Both the position numbers and the translations under genes were made by a program. From the NCBI GenBank assembly GCA_963840035.1, contig CAWIXE010000001.1, positions 332,503 to 396,502 of the forward strand: a DNA stretch of 64,000 bases, in the 5' to 3' direction. The notes beneath the pieces were generated by a model. The model worked only from the letters and a program-made list of their open reading frames with translations, had not been told where the DNA came from and ran no database searches. Source of the DNA: a candidate division FCPU426 bacterium (GTDB lineage Bacteria; Oederibacteriota; PGYV01; Palsa-1178). Positions within the stretch are counted from its first letter, which is position 1, and each line of letters opens with the position of its first letter. This document shows positions 17,938-28,628 of the stretch, piece after piece.

Positions 17938-19575
17938 CTATTTTAACTCCAGCAAAAATATATCATCAGCATAAAAACTTTCCTTCTTTGATACCTTATA
18001 ATACCTGCTGACCCACGGCAGTTTATTTATGTCAGGCGGCTCCCCTGAATCATAATTTGAATTCCATATATTTCCTATCGGCAGCCATATTTCTTTCATG
18101 CCTATCTTGTTGTCCCTGACAAACCATACCCTCCTGTATTTCCCCGGGAGACCCATGGCGTCCTGTGAAGTCAGCGTGTTTTTGTCAAAACCCGCGTATA
18201 TATCCATCCCGAATTTCTTCAGCAGCACTTCATTCTTGAAGGCCCTCCACATGTCCCTTATTTTAAACCTCAGCCCGCTGCCTTTAAATTCAGGTATTTC
18301 GCCCATGAGCCTGTTGGATATTTTAGTGTTGCTCATGTACCTGCTGTAGAATTCAAATGACGAGTATGAAGCCATGAAGCTGTGGACAATGACGTCCCCT
18401 TCCCTGAAATTTTCAGCTACCTGCGTGTACTGCTTTTTATAATCCGCTTTCTGGTATTTTTCCACAAAATAATAATTGTATAAAGCCAGCGAGTATATCC
18501 CGAACATGACTGTCATGGCCAGTGTTTTACCCTGCATAGACATATATGATATCCCTATGGAAAGCAGCACGATGATAAGAGCTGAAACAAGTATGAACGT
18601 CCTTTCCGAGTATATGGACTTCCCGGTCAGAACCGATATGATCCACGGAAACAACATGAACCCGGCCGAGACCCAGAATATTATGCCTGTTATTTTTATG
18701 GATTTTTGCCTGTAAGTAAACGCGCCTATTATGACAAGGTAAAGGGCCGCGACAAGGGCTATGACCGTGAAAATACCCCAGTCAAAAGTCATGCCGAAGA
18801 GGTAATTTTTCATGGAATAAAACGGGGCTAAAAACATCTGCATGTTGTGGTAGTATGACTCCGCGGAAGAGGCTTTAAGCAGGAACATGAACATCGGCAG
18901 GAGAAAAACGGCTATTACTGCCTGCGCTTTAAGCCACAGGTTGAGCCTTATCTCCTCCCTGTATCCTATTATAAGCACTCCATTCATCACCAAAAGCAGT
19001 ATGACGGCAAAAGCGTGCGTATATATTCCCAGCACGCTCCAGAATACGAAAGGCCCCGCCATGAAGGAATTGTATTTTATCGACATCAGGAAGTAGTACA
19101 TCATGAGCATGGATACCACCAGGAACATGGTATAATTTCTGGCTTCCTGCGCGTAATATATCTGATACGGGTTCAGGCAGAAAAGCGCCGTGGCAATCAG
19201 GCTCGTCTCCTCGCTAAAAAACGCCCTCACAAATCTGTAGAAAACAAACATGGAAATGACGCCGAAAACAAACGGCAGGAACCTTAAACTGAGCTCGCTG
19301 TACCCGAAGATGCCGCAGAAAATATGCTCAAGCATGTAAAACATTGGCGGATGCATGTCCTTGGCAAAAACGTCCCAGAAGACCATGATCAGGTCCTTAT
19401 TTGCGGCAAACCGCGCCGTGCAGAACTCGTCTATCCAGACAGACTGGCCGCCCAATTTAAAGAACCTTAAAAATATTCCAATTGCGAATATGATTATGAG
19501 TATGACCGTACTCTTGTTTTTTATTTGTATTACCTGTTTCATTTTACACCTTTCAATGCCGTTATTTAATATCAT
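17938..19575 (-). CDS. GT-C fold membrane glycosyltransferase (PMT/ArnT-like)
   Basis: Polytopic. Loop motif GGQSVWIDEFCTARFA (a DE-x-x-T/Y type). The start possibly lies at the internal MKQV. Confidence 0.55.
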   Translation of the reverse strand: MILNNGIERCKMKQVIQIKNKSTVILIIIFAIGIFLRFFKLGGQSVWIDEFCTARFAANKDLIMVFWDVFAKDMHPPMFYMLEHIFCGIFGYSELSLRFLPFVFGVISMFVFYRFVRAFFSEETSLIATALFCLNPYQIYYAQEARNYTMFLVVSMLMMYYFLMSIKYNSFMAGPFVFWSVLGIYTHAFAVILLLVMNGVLIIGYREEIRLNLWLKAQAVIAVFLLPMFMFLLKASSAESYYHNMQMFLAPFYSMKNYLFGMTFDWGIFTVIALVAALYLVIIGAFTYRQKSIKITGIIFWVSAGFMLFPWIISVLTGKSIYSERTFILVSALIIVLLSIGISYMSMQGKTLAMTVMFGIYSLALYNYYFVEKYQKADYKKQYTQVAENFREGDVIVHSFMASYSSFEFYSRYMSNTKISNRLMGEIPEFKGSGLRFKIRDMWRAFKNEVLLKKFGMDIYAGFDKNTLTSQDAMGLPGKYRRVWFVRDNKIGMKEIWLPIGNIWNSNYDSGEPPDINKLPWVSRYYKVSKKESFYADDIFLLELK

Positions 19576-19644
19576 GCATACATCTATTTTAACAAAACAA
19601 AGAATTAATTCAATTTTTATTATGTCTTTTATGAATGGATCTGC

Positions 19645-20781
19645 CTACGGAGTCGGTGTTATAGTGGGAGTCGGTGTTACAGTTGCGGTCGCTGATGTTA
19701 TCAGATCCACCTGCAATACCTCATTTGTATAAACACCGCCGGCTTTTAATCCGGCTGTCATCCAGTATTGCCCGTTCAGGTCAACTAGCCCCTGAAACGC
19801 CCTTCCTGTGAAATCTTCGTCCTGTGTCTCGCGGACCCAGTTTATCCCGTTATCCGTCGACCATATCTCTCCATATTGTGTTGAGGCATCCGCGCCTCCT
19901 ACCGCCCATAGTCTTCCATTTGCGCTTATCAATCCCATTGCGCACCTCGGACTGAATCCGGGCGACGCCGTTGCTCTGCTCCATGTCGCTCCATCGGTTG
20001 AATGCCACACTTCGCTGCTGTACGACCCTCCACCGAAATTGCCGCCAACAACCCATATCTCTCCATTGAAAACAGCACATCCTATCAGGTCCCTCGGCGT
20101 GAACCCGGCTGATGACGTCTCCTGCATCCATGTTGTTCCATTGCTTGAGCTCCACACGTCATTTTTCATTACACCGCCGGTCGTATTTCCGGCTATTATC
20201 CACATTTTCCCGTTGAATACCACACTGCCGTGGTTTGTCCGGTATCCTACTGACGTAGTAGAGGCTTCCAACGCCCATATCACTCCATCTGTGGAACTGT
20301 ATATGTCCCTCTTTATCGCTCCTGAATATCCTCCCATGATCCACATCCTGCCGTTATATGCCACTGAGGAGTGACCGTACCTTTCGGAAAATGCCGCGGA
20401 TCCTGTTGCCTGCGTCCATGATACCCCGTCAGGCGAATACCAGACATCGTTCATGTCTCCGCCAACGCTGCTCGATCCCGCTATTATCCATATCTTATTA
20501 TTGTATATCAGGGTCGTATGCGCCGCCCTTCCCGGTAACGTCGCTGTAAAAGTCGGGGTAAAGGTCCTGGTTATCGTGCTGGTTGGAGAAAATGTTCTGG
20601 TGTTTGTTTGCGAAGGTGTTTTTGTTGTAAAAGTCAAGGTCGGTGTTATCTGGGTTGAGGTGAATGTTAGGCTCGGCGTTGGAAATACAGGTGACGGAAG
20701 GTTTCTTTTAGAACTGCATGCCTGGAAAAAAAATATGGCACACACCAATAATAATATCGCTGTCCTCAAGAATTTAGCCAT
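19645..20781 (-). CDS. Secreted or lipoprotein Kelch-like beta-propeller with Thr/Pro-rich linkers
   Basis: Signal peptide ending in QACSS. PT-rich linker PTPSLTFTSTQITPTLTFTTKTPSQT.... Six repeats of about 48 aa of the form DVW-S-DG--W...F--R--H..V-FNGKMWIIGG. The C-terminus ends in TPTPTITPTP. Confidence 0.55.
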   Translation of the reverse strand: MAKFLRTAILLLVCAIFFFQACSSKRNLPSPVFPTPSLTFTSTQITPTLTFTTKTPSQTNTRTFSPTSTITRTFTPTFTATLPGRAAHTTLIYNNKIWIIAGSSSVGGDMNDVWYSPDGVSWTQATGSAAFSERYGHSSVAYNGRMWIMGGYSGAIKRDIYSSTDGVIWALEASTTSVGYRTNHGSVVFNGKMWIIAGNTTGGVMKNDVWSSSNGTTWMQETSSAGFTPRDLIGCAVFNGEIWVVGGNFGGGSYSSEVWHSTDGATWSRATASPGFSPRCAMGLISANGRLWAVGGADASTQYGEIWSTDNGINWVRETQDEDFTGRAFQGLVDLNGQYWMTAGLKAGGVYTNEVLQVDLITSATATVTPTPTITPTP

Positions 20782-20940
20782 GAAAACACCCTCCAATTAT
20801 TTATCGTTTTTATATTATAACATATCAGGAAATGATATGGGCATATGTTTTCTGATATATATGCATAATGATGTAATATTTAAATTAACTGGGGTTTAAT
20901 GATTGATAAGAATTTTCGGAAAGTTTGTATATTTGCTTTT

Positions 20941-22083
20941 TTATTGTGCTAGTTTTGCATATATTTTAAGAGTTTCTTCCGCAGTCTCTTTCCATGAAAA
21001 TTTTTCCGCCTGCTTAAACCCCTTTTCCTTCAGGGACTCCCTTTTTGACTCGCTCTTTTCAAGCTCATCGAGCCCGCGGACAATGTCCTCCACGGAAAAA
21101 GGGTCTATGAGCATGGCCGCGTCCCCGGCCACCTCTGAGAGCGACGTATTGTTTGAAGTCACCACAGGCAGCCCGCAAAGAAAAGCCTCCAGCACCTGCA
21201 GCCCGAAACCTTCCCACATGGAAGGGAACAGGAACATGAACGCCGCGTTATAAAGCAGGATCATGTCCTCCTCGGGCGCGTACTCTGTTATAATCACGTG
21301 CTTTTCCAGGTTCAGTTCCTTAATTATATCCGCGATATTCGTGGTGTCCATCTCTTTTTTTCCGATGGAGGTGATCACCAGCTGGTATTTGAATTCCGTC
21401 ATGTTATTGAACATGTTAAAGGCTTCAAGCGAGCGCGCAGTGTTTTTCCTCATGTCGGAGGCCGCGCTTAAAAGTACAAACGGCTTTGTGATGCCGTATT
21501 TCTGTTTTATGCCGGCAATCTTTTTTTCGTCGTTTATGACGCGGTATTTTTTATCCGCGGCTTCCTTTATGACTGTCACTTTTTCTTCTTTGACGTGCAT
21601 GTGCTTCATAATGTCCGATTTTGAATATTCGGAAACAGTTATTACATGGTCCGCTATCCTGCCGGAATGGGGTATTGAAAATTTATTATACGCGTCCACC
21701 ATGCGCTGCTTGAACGTCGGTTTTGATATTGCTTTTGCCAGCGGCCGCACGAACATGGTGTCGTGTATGGTCACTACCTTTTTTCCCTGATAGTAAGGGC
21801 TTAAATACGGAAGCGTATTGTCGGTCCCGTGCAGTATGTCGAGCTTATCCTTCGCCGCTTCCATAGGAAGCAGAAACTGCTCATATAAAAGGGCGTTCGC
21901 GGTATTTAACCTCTTGAACCTGCAGTTTTTCGCCGCTATATATTCATTAAGGGTGGAACGCTTGTCCAGGTAAACGATGTATTCGTTTTTTTTGTCTATC
22001 TCAAGGAGGTTCTTAACCAGGTTTTCAATATACCTGCCCACACCCCTCTTGAAAATTATCCTGGCGTCAATTCCTATTCTCAC
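20941..22083 (-). CDS. Glycosyltransferase family 4 (GT-B fold)
   Basis: E-x7-E motif EGFGLQVLEAFLCGLPVVTSNNTSLSEVAGDAAMLIDP. Confidence 0.75.
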   Translation of the reverse strand: MRIGIDARIIFKRGVGRYIENLVKNLLEIDKKNEYIVYLDKRSTLNEYIAAKNCRFKRLNTANALLYEQFLLPMEAAKDKLDILHGTDNTLPYLSPYYQGKKVVTIHDTMFVRPLAKAISKPTFKQRMVDAYNKFSIPHSGRIADHVITVSEYSKSDIMKHMHVKEEKVTVIKEAADKKYRVINDEKKIAGIKQKYGITKPFVLLSAASDMRKNTARSLEAFNMFNNMTEFKYQLVITSIGKKEMDTTNIADIIKELNLEKHVIITEYAPEEDMILLYNAAFMFLFPSMWEGFGLQVLEAFLCGLPVVTSNNTSLSEVAGDAAMLIDPFSVEDIVRGLDELEKSESKRESLKEKGFKQAEKFSWKETAEETLKIYAKLAQ

Positions 22084-22150
22084 AATTCACCGCTTTTTTG
22101 TTCATTGTTCCTCGTTCATTGTTCTGTTGCCACCCTCCACTCACCACCCA

Positions 22151-22927
22151 CTACTCACAACTTTCTATACCCTTCTTTCTCCCCACCACTATAAACCCTC
22201 CGCCTTTTTCCGGCAGAAGTTTTGTCATTATCGCGTCTATGGCGTCAAGCTTCCAAAATATGAATTTTTCCGGCAATTTGCCTATGATATTCTCAAGGCC
22301 CTTGGGCATCCTTAAATAATTTGTTGATATGGTCTTTTCCACTTCAAACCCGGCCTTATACATGAGATCTTTTACCTCTTTCGGGTTGAAGTTAAAAAGG
22401 TGGTCCTTGTGCTCTATCTCCAGTTTTTTCGCGTGCTTTTTAAACATGAGCTTATAAAACGCGTCCTTGTTGGTGAGGGTTACTATTATGATGCCGCCTT
22501 CTTTTAAGGCGTTGTAGGCGTTTTTTATGACCTTGCCGGGCTCATAGGTGTGGTCAAGGACTTCCTTTATCAGGCAGGCGTCGTACGCGCAGGATTCCTC
22601 CAGCGTCTCGCCTGTGCCGTGCCTTAACTCAAAATCCTCTTCCTTTATCTCGTCATGAAGCATGTTCTCGGATGGCTCTATGCCGGTATATTTTTTTACA
22701 ATATCGCGCGAGAGCTTGTAAAAATCCCCCCTGCCCGCCCCTATATCCAGCAGGCTTAAGTACTCATTGCGCGCCACGACTTCCTTGGCCAGTATGGAGA
22801 TGACGGTCTTATTGAGCCTTTTCCACTTTTTTTTCATCATCTCTGTGGCAGAGCTCTCCAGCAGCTCGGTATCATCCCACTTAAGCTGCGTCTCTTCCCA
22901 GGCTTTTACCTTATCGTCGTTTTCCAT
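22151..22927 (-). CDS. Class I SAM-dependent methyltransferase
   Basis: Motif I LLDIGAGRGDF. I place the probable start at MENDDKV (22927). The longer ORF-track start (23068) reads through the REP element. Confidence 0.7.
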   Translation of the reverse strand: MENDDKVKAWEETQLKWDDTELLESSATEMMKKKWKRLNKTVISILAKEVVARNEYLSLLDIGAGRGDFYKLSRDIVKKYTGIEPSENMLHDEIKEEDFELRHGTGETLEESCAYDACLIKEVLDHTYEPGKVIKNAYNALKEGGIIIVTLTNKDAFYKLMFKKHAKKLEIEHKDHLFNFNPKEVKDLMYKAGFEVEKTISTNYLRMPKGLENIIGKLPEKFIFWKLDAIDAIMTKLLPEKGGGFIVVGRKKGIESCE

Positions 22928-23010
22928 AAATCTCCCGGCTGTTGTGTTGATATGACTTATTTTAACAAAAACAGAGGTATATTTAAAGGTGTAATAAGGG
23001 ATTTTATTGT

Positions 23011-23179
23011 TCTCGTAGAGAGGGGGCTTGCCCCCTCTCAAACGCAGGCCTGCCTTGAGATCCAGCAAGCCGGCTCTCTACAGTTATATAAAACCACAAC
23101 AAAGTTCTCGTAGAGAGGGGGCTTGCCCCCTCTCCAGCGCAGGTCCTGCCCTGAGAGGCAGCAAGCCGCCTCTCTACAG
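23011..23179. repeat. Two REP-pair (BIME-like) units downstream of the RAYT gene
   Basis: The unit CTCGTAGAGAGGGGGCTTGCCCCCTCTC...CCGGCTCTCTACAG occurs twice (23011-23093 and 23106-23179). It has a GTAG head and hairpin stems. Confidence 0.65.
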
Positions 23180-23698
23180 GTTCTCTAACTTCTTCCGTTC
23201 CTCAAACAATTCATACCATTCCTTCTCTTCCATGCCGGGTTCATAAACCATTGGGTTGTTTAATATATACTCACTTGCAAAAAAATACTCAAATTCTCCC
23301 CGTATTATCCTGTCATAAAACCCTTCCTGCCAAAATTTCCTGCCGGGTTTCTGTTGTAATTTATTAATTGCTATCGTTGATTTTGATTTAAAAACGCATA
23401 TCATATCGTGGAGTGTTTTGCCTGTTTTCCTGCCAATCCGGATAATACCGTGCATATGATCCGGCATAAACATAAAATCGCCAAGAGCAATGTTTTCAAA
23501 CTTACTTTTTAGTTCGATCCAGCATGCTGTTGCCGCCTTTCCGGCGTCTGACAAAAACATTTTTCGGTCTTTTATAGAACCAAAAAAGTTATGCCGTTTA
23601 TCAAGACAGATGGTGACAGAATAATCCCCTTCCGATGAATAGTCATATTCTTTTAAATGATTTGATTCGATACGGTATTTGTTGTTGTAAAGCGACAT
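23174..23698 (-). CDS. REP-associated tyrosine transposase (RAYT, IS200/IS605 TnpA-like HUH enzyme)
   Basis: HUH motif FMPDHMHGIIRI. Catalytic Tyr region FWQEGFYDRIIRGE. 174 aa. Flanked on both sides by inverted REP pairs. Confidence 0.75.
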   Translation of the reverse strand: MSLYNNKYRIESNHLKEYDYSSEGDYSVTICLDKRHNFFGSIKDRKMFLSDAGKAATACWIELKSKFENIALGDFMFMPDHMHGIIRIGRKTGKTLHDMICVFKSKSTIAINKLQQKPGRKFWQEGFYDRIIRGEFEYFFASEYILNNPMVYEPGMEEKEWYELFEERKKLENL

Positions 23699-23744
23699 AT
23701 AAACCCCTCTATTTTACGATTTATATCCCCAAAATACGTTTTAC

Positions 23745-23894
23745 TTGCCCCCTCTCAAACGCAGTCCAGCCCTGAGAGCCAGCAAGCCGGCTCTCTACAG
23801 TTTTATAAATACAAAACAACGCTCTCGTAGAGAGGGGGCTTGCCCCCTCTCAAACGCAGGCCCTGCCCTGAGAGCCAGCAAGCCGGCTCTCTAC
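23745..23894. repeat. REP-pair (BIME-like) units upstream of the RAYT gene
   Basis: A partial unit plus a full unit of the same 75-85 bp repeat as 23011-23179. Confidence 0.65.
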
Positions 23895-23906
23895 AAATTA
23901 TATATA

Positions 23907-24974
23907 TTATTTAACTTCCGCCTTATACTTCACCAGCCGCTGTTTTTTCTTCCCTTCCAGCATCTCCAGCGCGAGCCTTCCTATGAACTCAGCTGGTATT
24001 TCCAGGCATTCCTTGTAAATGTCCTTCCTGTTGCATATGGCAAGCCCGCACGGGCTGCATTTGACGTGCCTGTCTACTATTACGGCCTTGTCTCCCATGG
24101 CTCCCCACTCCTGGTACCTTGCGGAACCGCTGAATATGGTGAGCGACTTTACGCCGAAAGCCGCCGCGATATGGACGGCCGCGGAATCATTACCTATGAC
24201 GAGAGAGGCGTGTTTTATAATGGCTTTCATTTCCTTTAAGTTGAGCATACCTGCCAGGTTTACCACGTGCCTGCCGCGTATCTTTTCTATGCCCCTGTCT
24301 TTTTTCCCGCCGACTACGACGGTCTTTATGCCGCGCGACATGAATTCAGCCAGGCTGTTGTACTTTTCCATGTCCCAGTCTTTGGACGTGTGCCCAGAGA
24401 CAGGGTGCATGACTATGTATTTCGTGACTTTTCCTTTTTCAAGAAGGGCTTTTATGTTGTCTTCCGATACCTTATCTGTTTTAAGCGCTGTTTTTGCTGG
24501 AAGCTTTACGCCTGTTATTTCTTTTAGCAGGAGCATGTTTTTTTCCGCGGCGTGGGATGAGATCGGCGGGTGGCTTACAATATGGTTGATGCCAAACCCC
24601 ATTTTGCCGGTATCGTATCCGTATTTGTCCTTTGCCTTTGCCATGGAGAGTATAAACGAAGTGAGCCTGTCCTGCCAGCGCATGCCAATTATCATGTCAT
24701 ACTTTCCGGCGTTTAAAAGGGATATGAGTTTGAATGCGGAAAACCATCTTACGAAAAACGGCTTTGGCTCGTACTTAAGCCATTGCGCGTCAAATGTCTT
24801 AACTTCATCAAAACACCCGAGCCCGTCTAAAACCTGCGAGCCCGCGGGGCTTAAGAACGCGGTGATGTGGGCGTCCTTAAAATGTTTCCTCAGTCCCAAA
24901 AAAAATGGAGACGCAAGTACTGCGTCTCCGATACCGTCTGTTTTTATGACCGCGATGCGTAGCCTGTTTTCCAT
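23907..24974 (-). CDS. ADP-heptose:LPS heptosyltransferase (GT9 family)
   Basis: N-terminus MENRLRIAVIKTDGIGDAVLASPFF. C-terminus GNDSAAVHIAAAFGVKSLTIFSGSARYQEWG. Confidence 0.7.
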   Translation of the reverse strand: MENRLRIAVIKTDGIGDAVLASPFFLGLRKHFKDAHITAFLSPAGSQVLDGLGCFDEVKTFDAQWLKYEPKPFFVRWFSAFKLISLLNAGKYDMIIGMRWQDRLTSFILSMAKAKDKYGYDTGKMGFGINHIVSHPPISSHAAEKNMLLLKEITGVKLPAKTALKTDKVSEDNIKALLEKGKVTKYIVMHPVSGHTSKDWDMEKYNSLAEFMSRGIKTVVVGGKKDRGIEKIRGRHVVNLAGMLNLKEMKAIIKHASLVIGNDSAAVHIAAAFGVKSLTIFSGSARYQEWGAMGDKAVIVDRHVKCSPCGLAICNRKDIYKECLEIPAEFIGRLALEMLEGKKKQRLVKYKAEVK

Positions 24975-25066
24975 GATGTGCCGCCCACAATCACAGATCC
25001 CAAATCACATATCCCAAATTATTACAAAATCTTTGGGATTTGTGATATGGGATTTGTGATTATTAT

Positions 25067-26806
25067 TTAATCTAAAAACCCTTTTAAATTCTTCGCCCTC
25101 GCCGGGTGCCTGAGTTTGCGGAGCGCCTTTGCCTCTATCTGCCTGACGCGCTCGCGGGTGACTTTGAATATCTTTCCCACTTCTTCCAGCGTATGCGGCA
25201 CTCCGTCGCCTATGCCGAACCTTAAGCGCAGCACTTCGGCTTCCCTATCCTTTAATGTGTGGAGTACTTTTTCAATCTGTTCCTTTAAGAGTACGTTAAC
25301 CGCTGCCGATGCCGGCGATACCGCGTCTTTGTCCTCTATGAAATCCCCTAAGTGCGAGTCTTTTTCCTCGCCTATGGGCGTCTCAAGCGATATGGGGTGC
25401 TGTGATATTTTCAGCACTGACCTTACCTTGTCGGCTGACATGGCCATCTTTTTTGCGATTTCTTCCGGCTTTGGCTCCCTGCCGAACTGCTGTACAAAAA
25501 TCCTGGCGACCTTGTTAAGTTTGTTTATGGTCTCTATCATATGGACGGGTATCCTGATGGTCCTTGCCTGGTCGGCAATCGCCCTTGTGATAGCCTGCCT
25601 TATCCACCATGTGGCGTACGTTGAGAACTTATATCCCCTCTTGTACTCGAACCTCTCCACCGCCCTCATCAGCCCGATGTTTCCTTCCTGTATGAGGTCC
25701 AAAAATGAGAGGCCTTTGTTTATGTATTTTTTGGCGATGGAAACCACGAGCCTTAAATTGGCCACCACAAGCTCTTTCCTGGTCTTCCTGGCTTCGAACA
25801 TGTTCTTCCTTATCATGTGCGCGAGCCCTTTTAAGTCCTCGTACTTCATGCCTATCTCGTTTTCTTCATTGCGTATTAAAGCCATAATCTCGCTTACTTT
25901 TGCCGTTATCTTCTTGAATTCCTCGCCCTTCATGCGTTTCTTTTTAAGGAGAAGCTTGAACTCTTTCCTGCTCCTCTGGAGGTTCTTTACCTCGGCCATT
26001 TTCATGCCGAAGCGCTTTTCATATCCCTGCAGTTCCTTCTCGTCCTTGGTTATCTTCGAGACCATGTTTATTATCTTTTTTGCTATGAGGTTTATCTGCT
26101 CGTTATTTAGCTTAAGCATGTGCAGGTAATCGCGTTTTTTCTTCCTGAACTTTTCGAATATCCTCTTGTACTTTTCCCTCTGCTTGGGCTTTAAGTTCTT
26201 CTTTTCAAGTTTTTCCTTTACGCGCTCTATTTCCTTCTGTGACTTTTCCGCCTGCCTTATGTATTTTTCAAAGCGCTCCTTGAGCCGCTCTTCCACCGAA
26301 GGCGGTATGTCGCCCTCGAGTTTTGTCTTGATGATGTCCGTGATGCGCACTGTGCCGTTCTTTAAATCGTCGTTTATTTTTTCAAGCTCGTCAAATCCGA
26401 CCTTTGTGTCAAAGATCGCGTTCTTCATGTTTATTTCCGCGTTCTCTATCTTCTTTGCTATCCTGACCTCGTCCTCCCTGCGCTCCAAAAGCGGGACCTT
26501 TCCCATTTCATGAAGGTACATCTGTACCGGGTCGGATGAGAAGCCTTCGGCGTCAAGGAAATCCACTTCCTCGGCCTTTTCAGCCTGCTTGCCGGATAGG
26601 ATCTTGTCTATCTTTCCTTCTTCCCTTATCTCAATGTCCATCTCGTCCATGATGTTTAACATGTCGTCGATGTCCTCGACGGATGTAAAATCCTGGGGAA
26701 GGGAATCGTTGAGCTCCTCGTAGGTTAAGAACCCTTTTTCCTTGCCTTTTTTTATCAGTTCCTGTACTTCAGGAAGACTCTTTAGATTCTTACTCAAAAT
26801 CGCCAC
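25067..26806 (-). CDS. rpoD: RNA polymerase sigma-70 factor RpoD
   Basis: Regions 2-4 are present, including [54 protein letters not shown]. It overlaps the dnaG 3' end, a classic arrangement. Confidence 0.9.
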   Translation of the reverse strand: MAILSKNLKSLPEVQELIKKGKEKGFLTYEELNDSLPQDFTSVEDIDDMLNIMDEMDIEIREEGKIDKILSGKQAEKAEEVDFLDAEGFSSDPVQMYLHEMGKVPLLERREDEVRIAKKIENAEINMKNAIFDTKVGFDELEKINDDLKNGTVRITDIIKTKLEGDIPPSVEERLKERFEKYIRQAEKSQKEIERVKEKLEKKNLKPKQREKYKRIFEKFRKKKRDYLHMLKLNNEQINLIAKKIINMVSKITKDEKELQGYEKRFGMKMAEVKNLQRSRKEFKLLLKKKRMKGEEFKKITAKVSEIMALIRNEENEIGMKYEDLKGLAHMIRKNMFEARKTRKELVVANLRLVVSIAKKYINKGLSFLDLIQEGNIGLMRAVERFEYKRGYKFSTYATWWIRQAITRAIADQARTIRIPVHMIETINKLNKVARIFVQQFGREPKPEEIAKKMAMSADKVRSVLKISQHPISLETPIGEEKDSHLGDFIEDKDAVSPASAAVNVLLKEQIEKVLHTLKDREAEVLRLRFGIGDGVPHTLEEVGKIFKVTRERVRQIEAKALRKLRHPARAKNLKGFLD

Positions 26807-28628
26807 CTCTTTGATTTAATATTTTTTGCAGCCTCTGTTTTTCAACCATGGCCGCCTTTAGTTTTTCCATGTCTCCCGAGCTTTCAGCCTGCATCATGGC
26901 CTCATTTACGCCTTCCATGTCCCTGGCCGCTTTTTCTTTCTGCAGTTTCTGGATCCAGTCTGAAATGGGCTTTAAAATATCCTGGCTTTGTTTCTTAAGT
27001 TTCGGGTCTTTTGCCTTTTCATCCATTTCCCTGCGGGCTCTTTCAGCCAGCAGTTCCGATATGATGGAATTTAAATCGTCGTTATCCACGTAATCCATCT
27101 CTATTTTCTTCAATATTTCCTTTTCGCCCGCGTTAAAGTAGGCCTTTATCTTCTGCATTATCTGGCTGTATGCCGTGTTCTTAAAATCCTCATATTTTAG
27201 CCCCGCCAGTTCCCTGCGCTCGGCTATGTGCCTGAGCACAGTAGCCTCATCGTCGGTTCCCAGGCAGTTTACTGCCGCGGATATTATATTTCTTTCCGCC
27301 AGCTTCATTCCCTTTTCGCTTAACACCCTGGTGTCGTCAACCATCTCATCGACCTGCGCGGCTGATTCCTGCTTTATATCCAGGTACCTTTCCACGACGT
27401 TAGGCTGCACAAAGAGCATGTCAGCCGTCTTCCTTACCGCGTCGCCGCGGACTATGGATGAGTCCGACTTTGATATGAGTGCCGCCACTTCCTTAATGAT
27501 CGTTTCCTTGTAATATGAATTATTCGCGTCCCCGTCTTTTTTCAGCTGGTTTATCTTATAGCTTATAAAGGGTTCGGCCTTGGCTATTTTTTCCTTAAGT
27601 TTTTCCACTCCGAACTTTTTAATATAATCGTCCGGGTCCTTTACCTCATCAAAGCTGACCACGTACGCGTCCATGCCTTCCGCGAATAAATGGTCGCCCG
27701 CGCGCACGGCGCCCTGCCTGCCGGCGTCGTCCATGTCGTACATGATGACCGCTTTTGCCGCGTATCTTTTTAAGAGCTTTGCCTGGTCCGCTGTCATGGC
27801 CGTACCCAGCGTGGCCACCACGTTCTTGATGCCCGCGCTGTAAACGCTCACGCAATCCATGTAGCCTTCCACTATTACCGCGGTCCCGTCCGTATGCTTG
27901 CGGGCGTTATTTAAGTTATATAGGTTCCTTCCCTTAATATAAATGGAAGTTTCCTTTGAATTAATATACTTGGCCGGATTGTCGTCCATGGCCCTTCCGC
28001 CGAACGCTATCGCGTCCCCGTAGATGTTGAATATCGGGAACATGAACCTGTCGCGGAATGTGTCATAGATGCCCGTGGTGCCTTTATTGACAAGCCATGA
28101 TTTTATCGCCGCGTCTTCGGTGATGCCTTTGTTTTTAAGGTATACGGCAAGCCCTCCTTCTCCCGGCGCGAAACCGATCTTGAAATCATCCAGCGCGGTT
28201 TCATTCAAGCCTCTTGATACGGCGTATGCCTTTGCCTTATCGCTTTTTAAGAACATCTCATGAAAATAATTTATAGCTTCCTTGTTCGCGGCGAGGAGTT
28301 TTTCCTTCTCGCTGTAATCCGTGGCGTTATAATTCCTGTCTTCGTCTATGTTTATGCCGGCTCTTTTCGCCAGCATCCTGACAGACTCGACAAAGTTCAG
28401 GTTCTCTATCCTTTGTATAAAAGTGAACGCGTTCCCGCCCTGGCCGCAGCCGAAGCAGTGGAATATCTGCTTTTCGCGGTTGACCATGAATGACGGCGTC
28501 TTTTCCTGGTGGAAAGGGCAAAGCCCCTTAAAACTTGAGCCTGCCTGCCGCAGCGCGAGGTAGCCGCCTATAACGTCAACTATGTCGCTCGCGTTTTTTA
28601 TTTCCTCGATCTTTTCCTGCGATATCAA
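26790..28628 (-). CDS. dnaG: DNA primase DnaG
   Basis: Zinc ribbon [36 protein letters not shown]. The Toprim region is EGYMDCVSV...DMDDAGRQ. Confidence 0.9.
   Translation of the reverse strand: MISQEKIEEIKNASDIVDVIGGYLALRQAGSSFKGLCPFHQEKTPSFMVNREKQIFHCFGCGQGGNAFTFIQRIENLNFVESVRMLAKRAGINIDEDRNYNATDYSEKEKLLAANKEAINYFHEMFLKSDKAKAYAVSRGLNETALDDFKIGFAPGEGGLAVYLKNKGITEDAAIKSWLVNKGTTGIYDTFRDRFMFPIFNIYGDAIAFGGRAMDDNPAKYINSKETSIYIKGRNLYNLNNARKHTDGTAVIVEGYMDCVSVYSAGIKNVVATLGTAMTADQAKLLKRYAAKAVIMYDMDDAGRQGAVRAGDHLFAEGMDAYVVSFDEVKDPDDYIKKFGVEKLKEKIAKAEPFISYKINQLKKDGDANNSYYKETIIKEVAALISKSDSSIVRGDAVRKTADMLFVQPNVVERYLDIKQESAAQVDEMVDDTRVLSEKGMKLAERNIISAAVNCLGTDDEATVLRHIAERRELAGLKYEDFKNTAYSQIMQKIKAYFNAGEKEILKKIEMDYVDNDDLNSIISELLAERARREMDEKAKDPKLKKQSQDILKPISDWIQKLQKEKAARDMEGVNEAMMQAESSGDMEKLKAAMVEKQRLQKILNQRGGDFE

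Noticed and set aside
24019-26129. Long plus-strand ORFs (346 aa and 337 aa) antisense to the heptosyltransferase and rpoD genes
   Set aside because: They have low-complexity Ser/Phe/Leu-rich translation. They lie opposite strongly supported genes (GT9 motifs, the sigma-70 signature). These are typical shadow ORFs.
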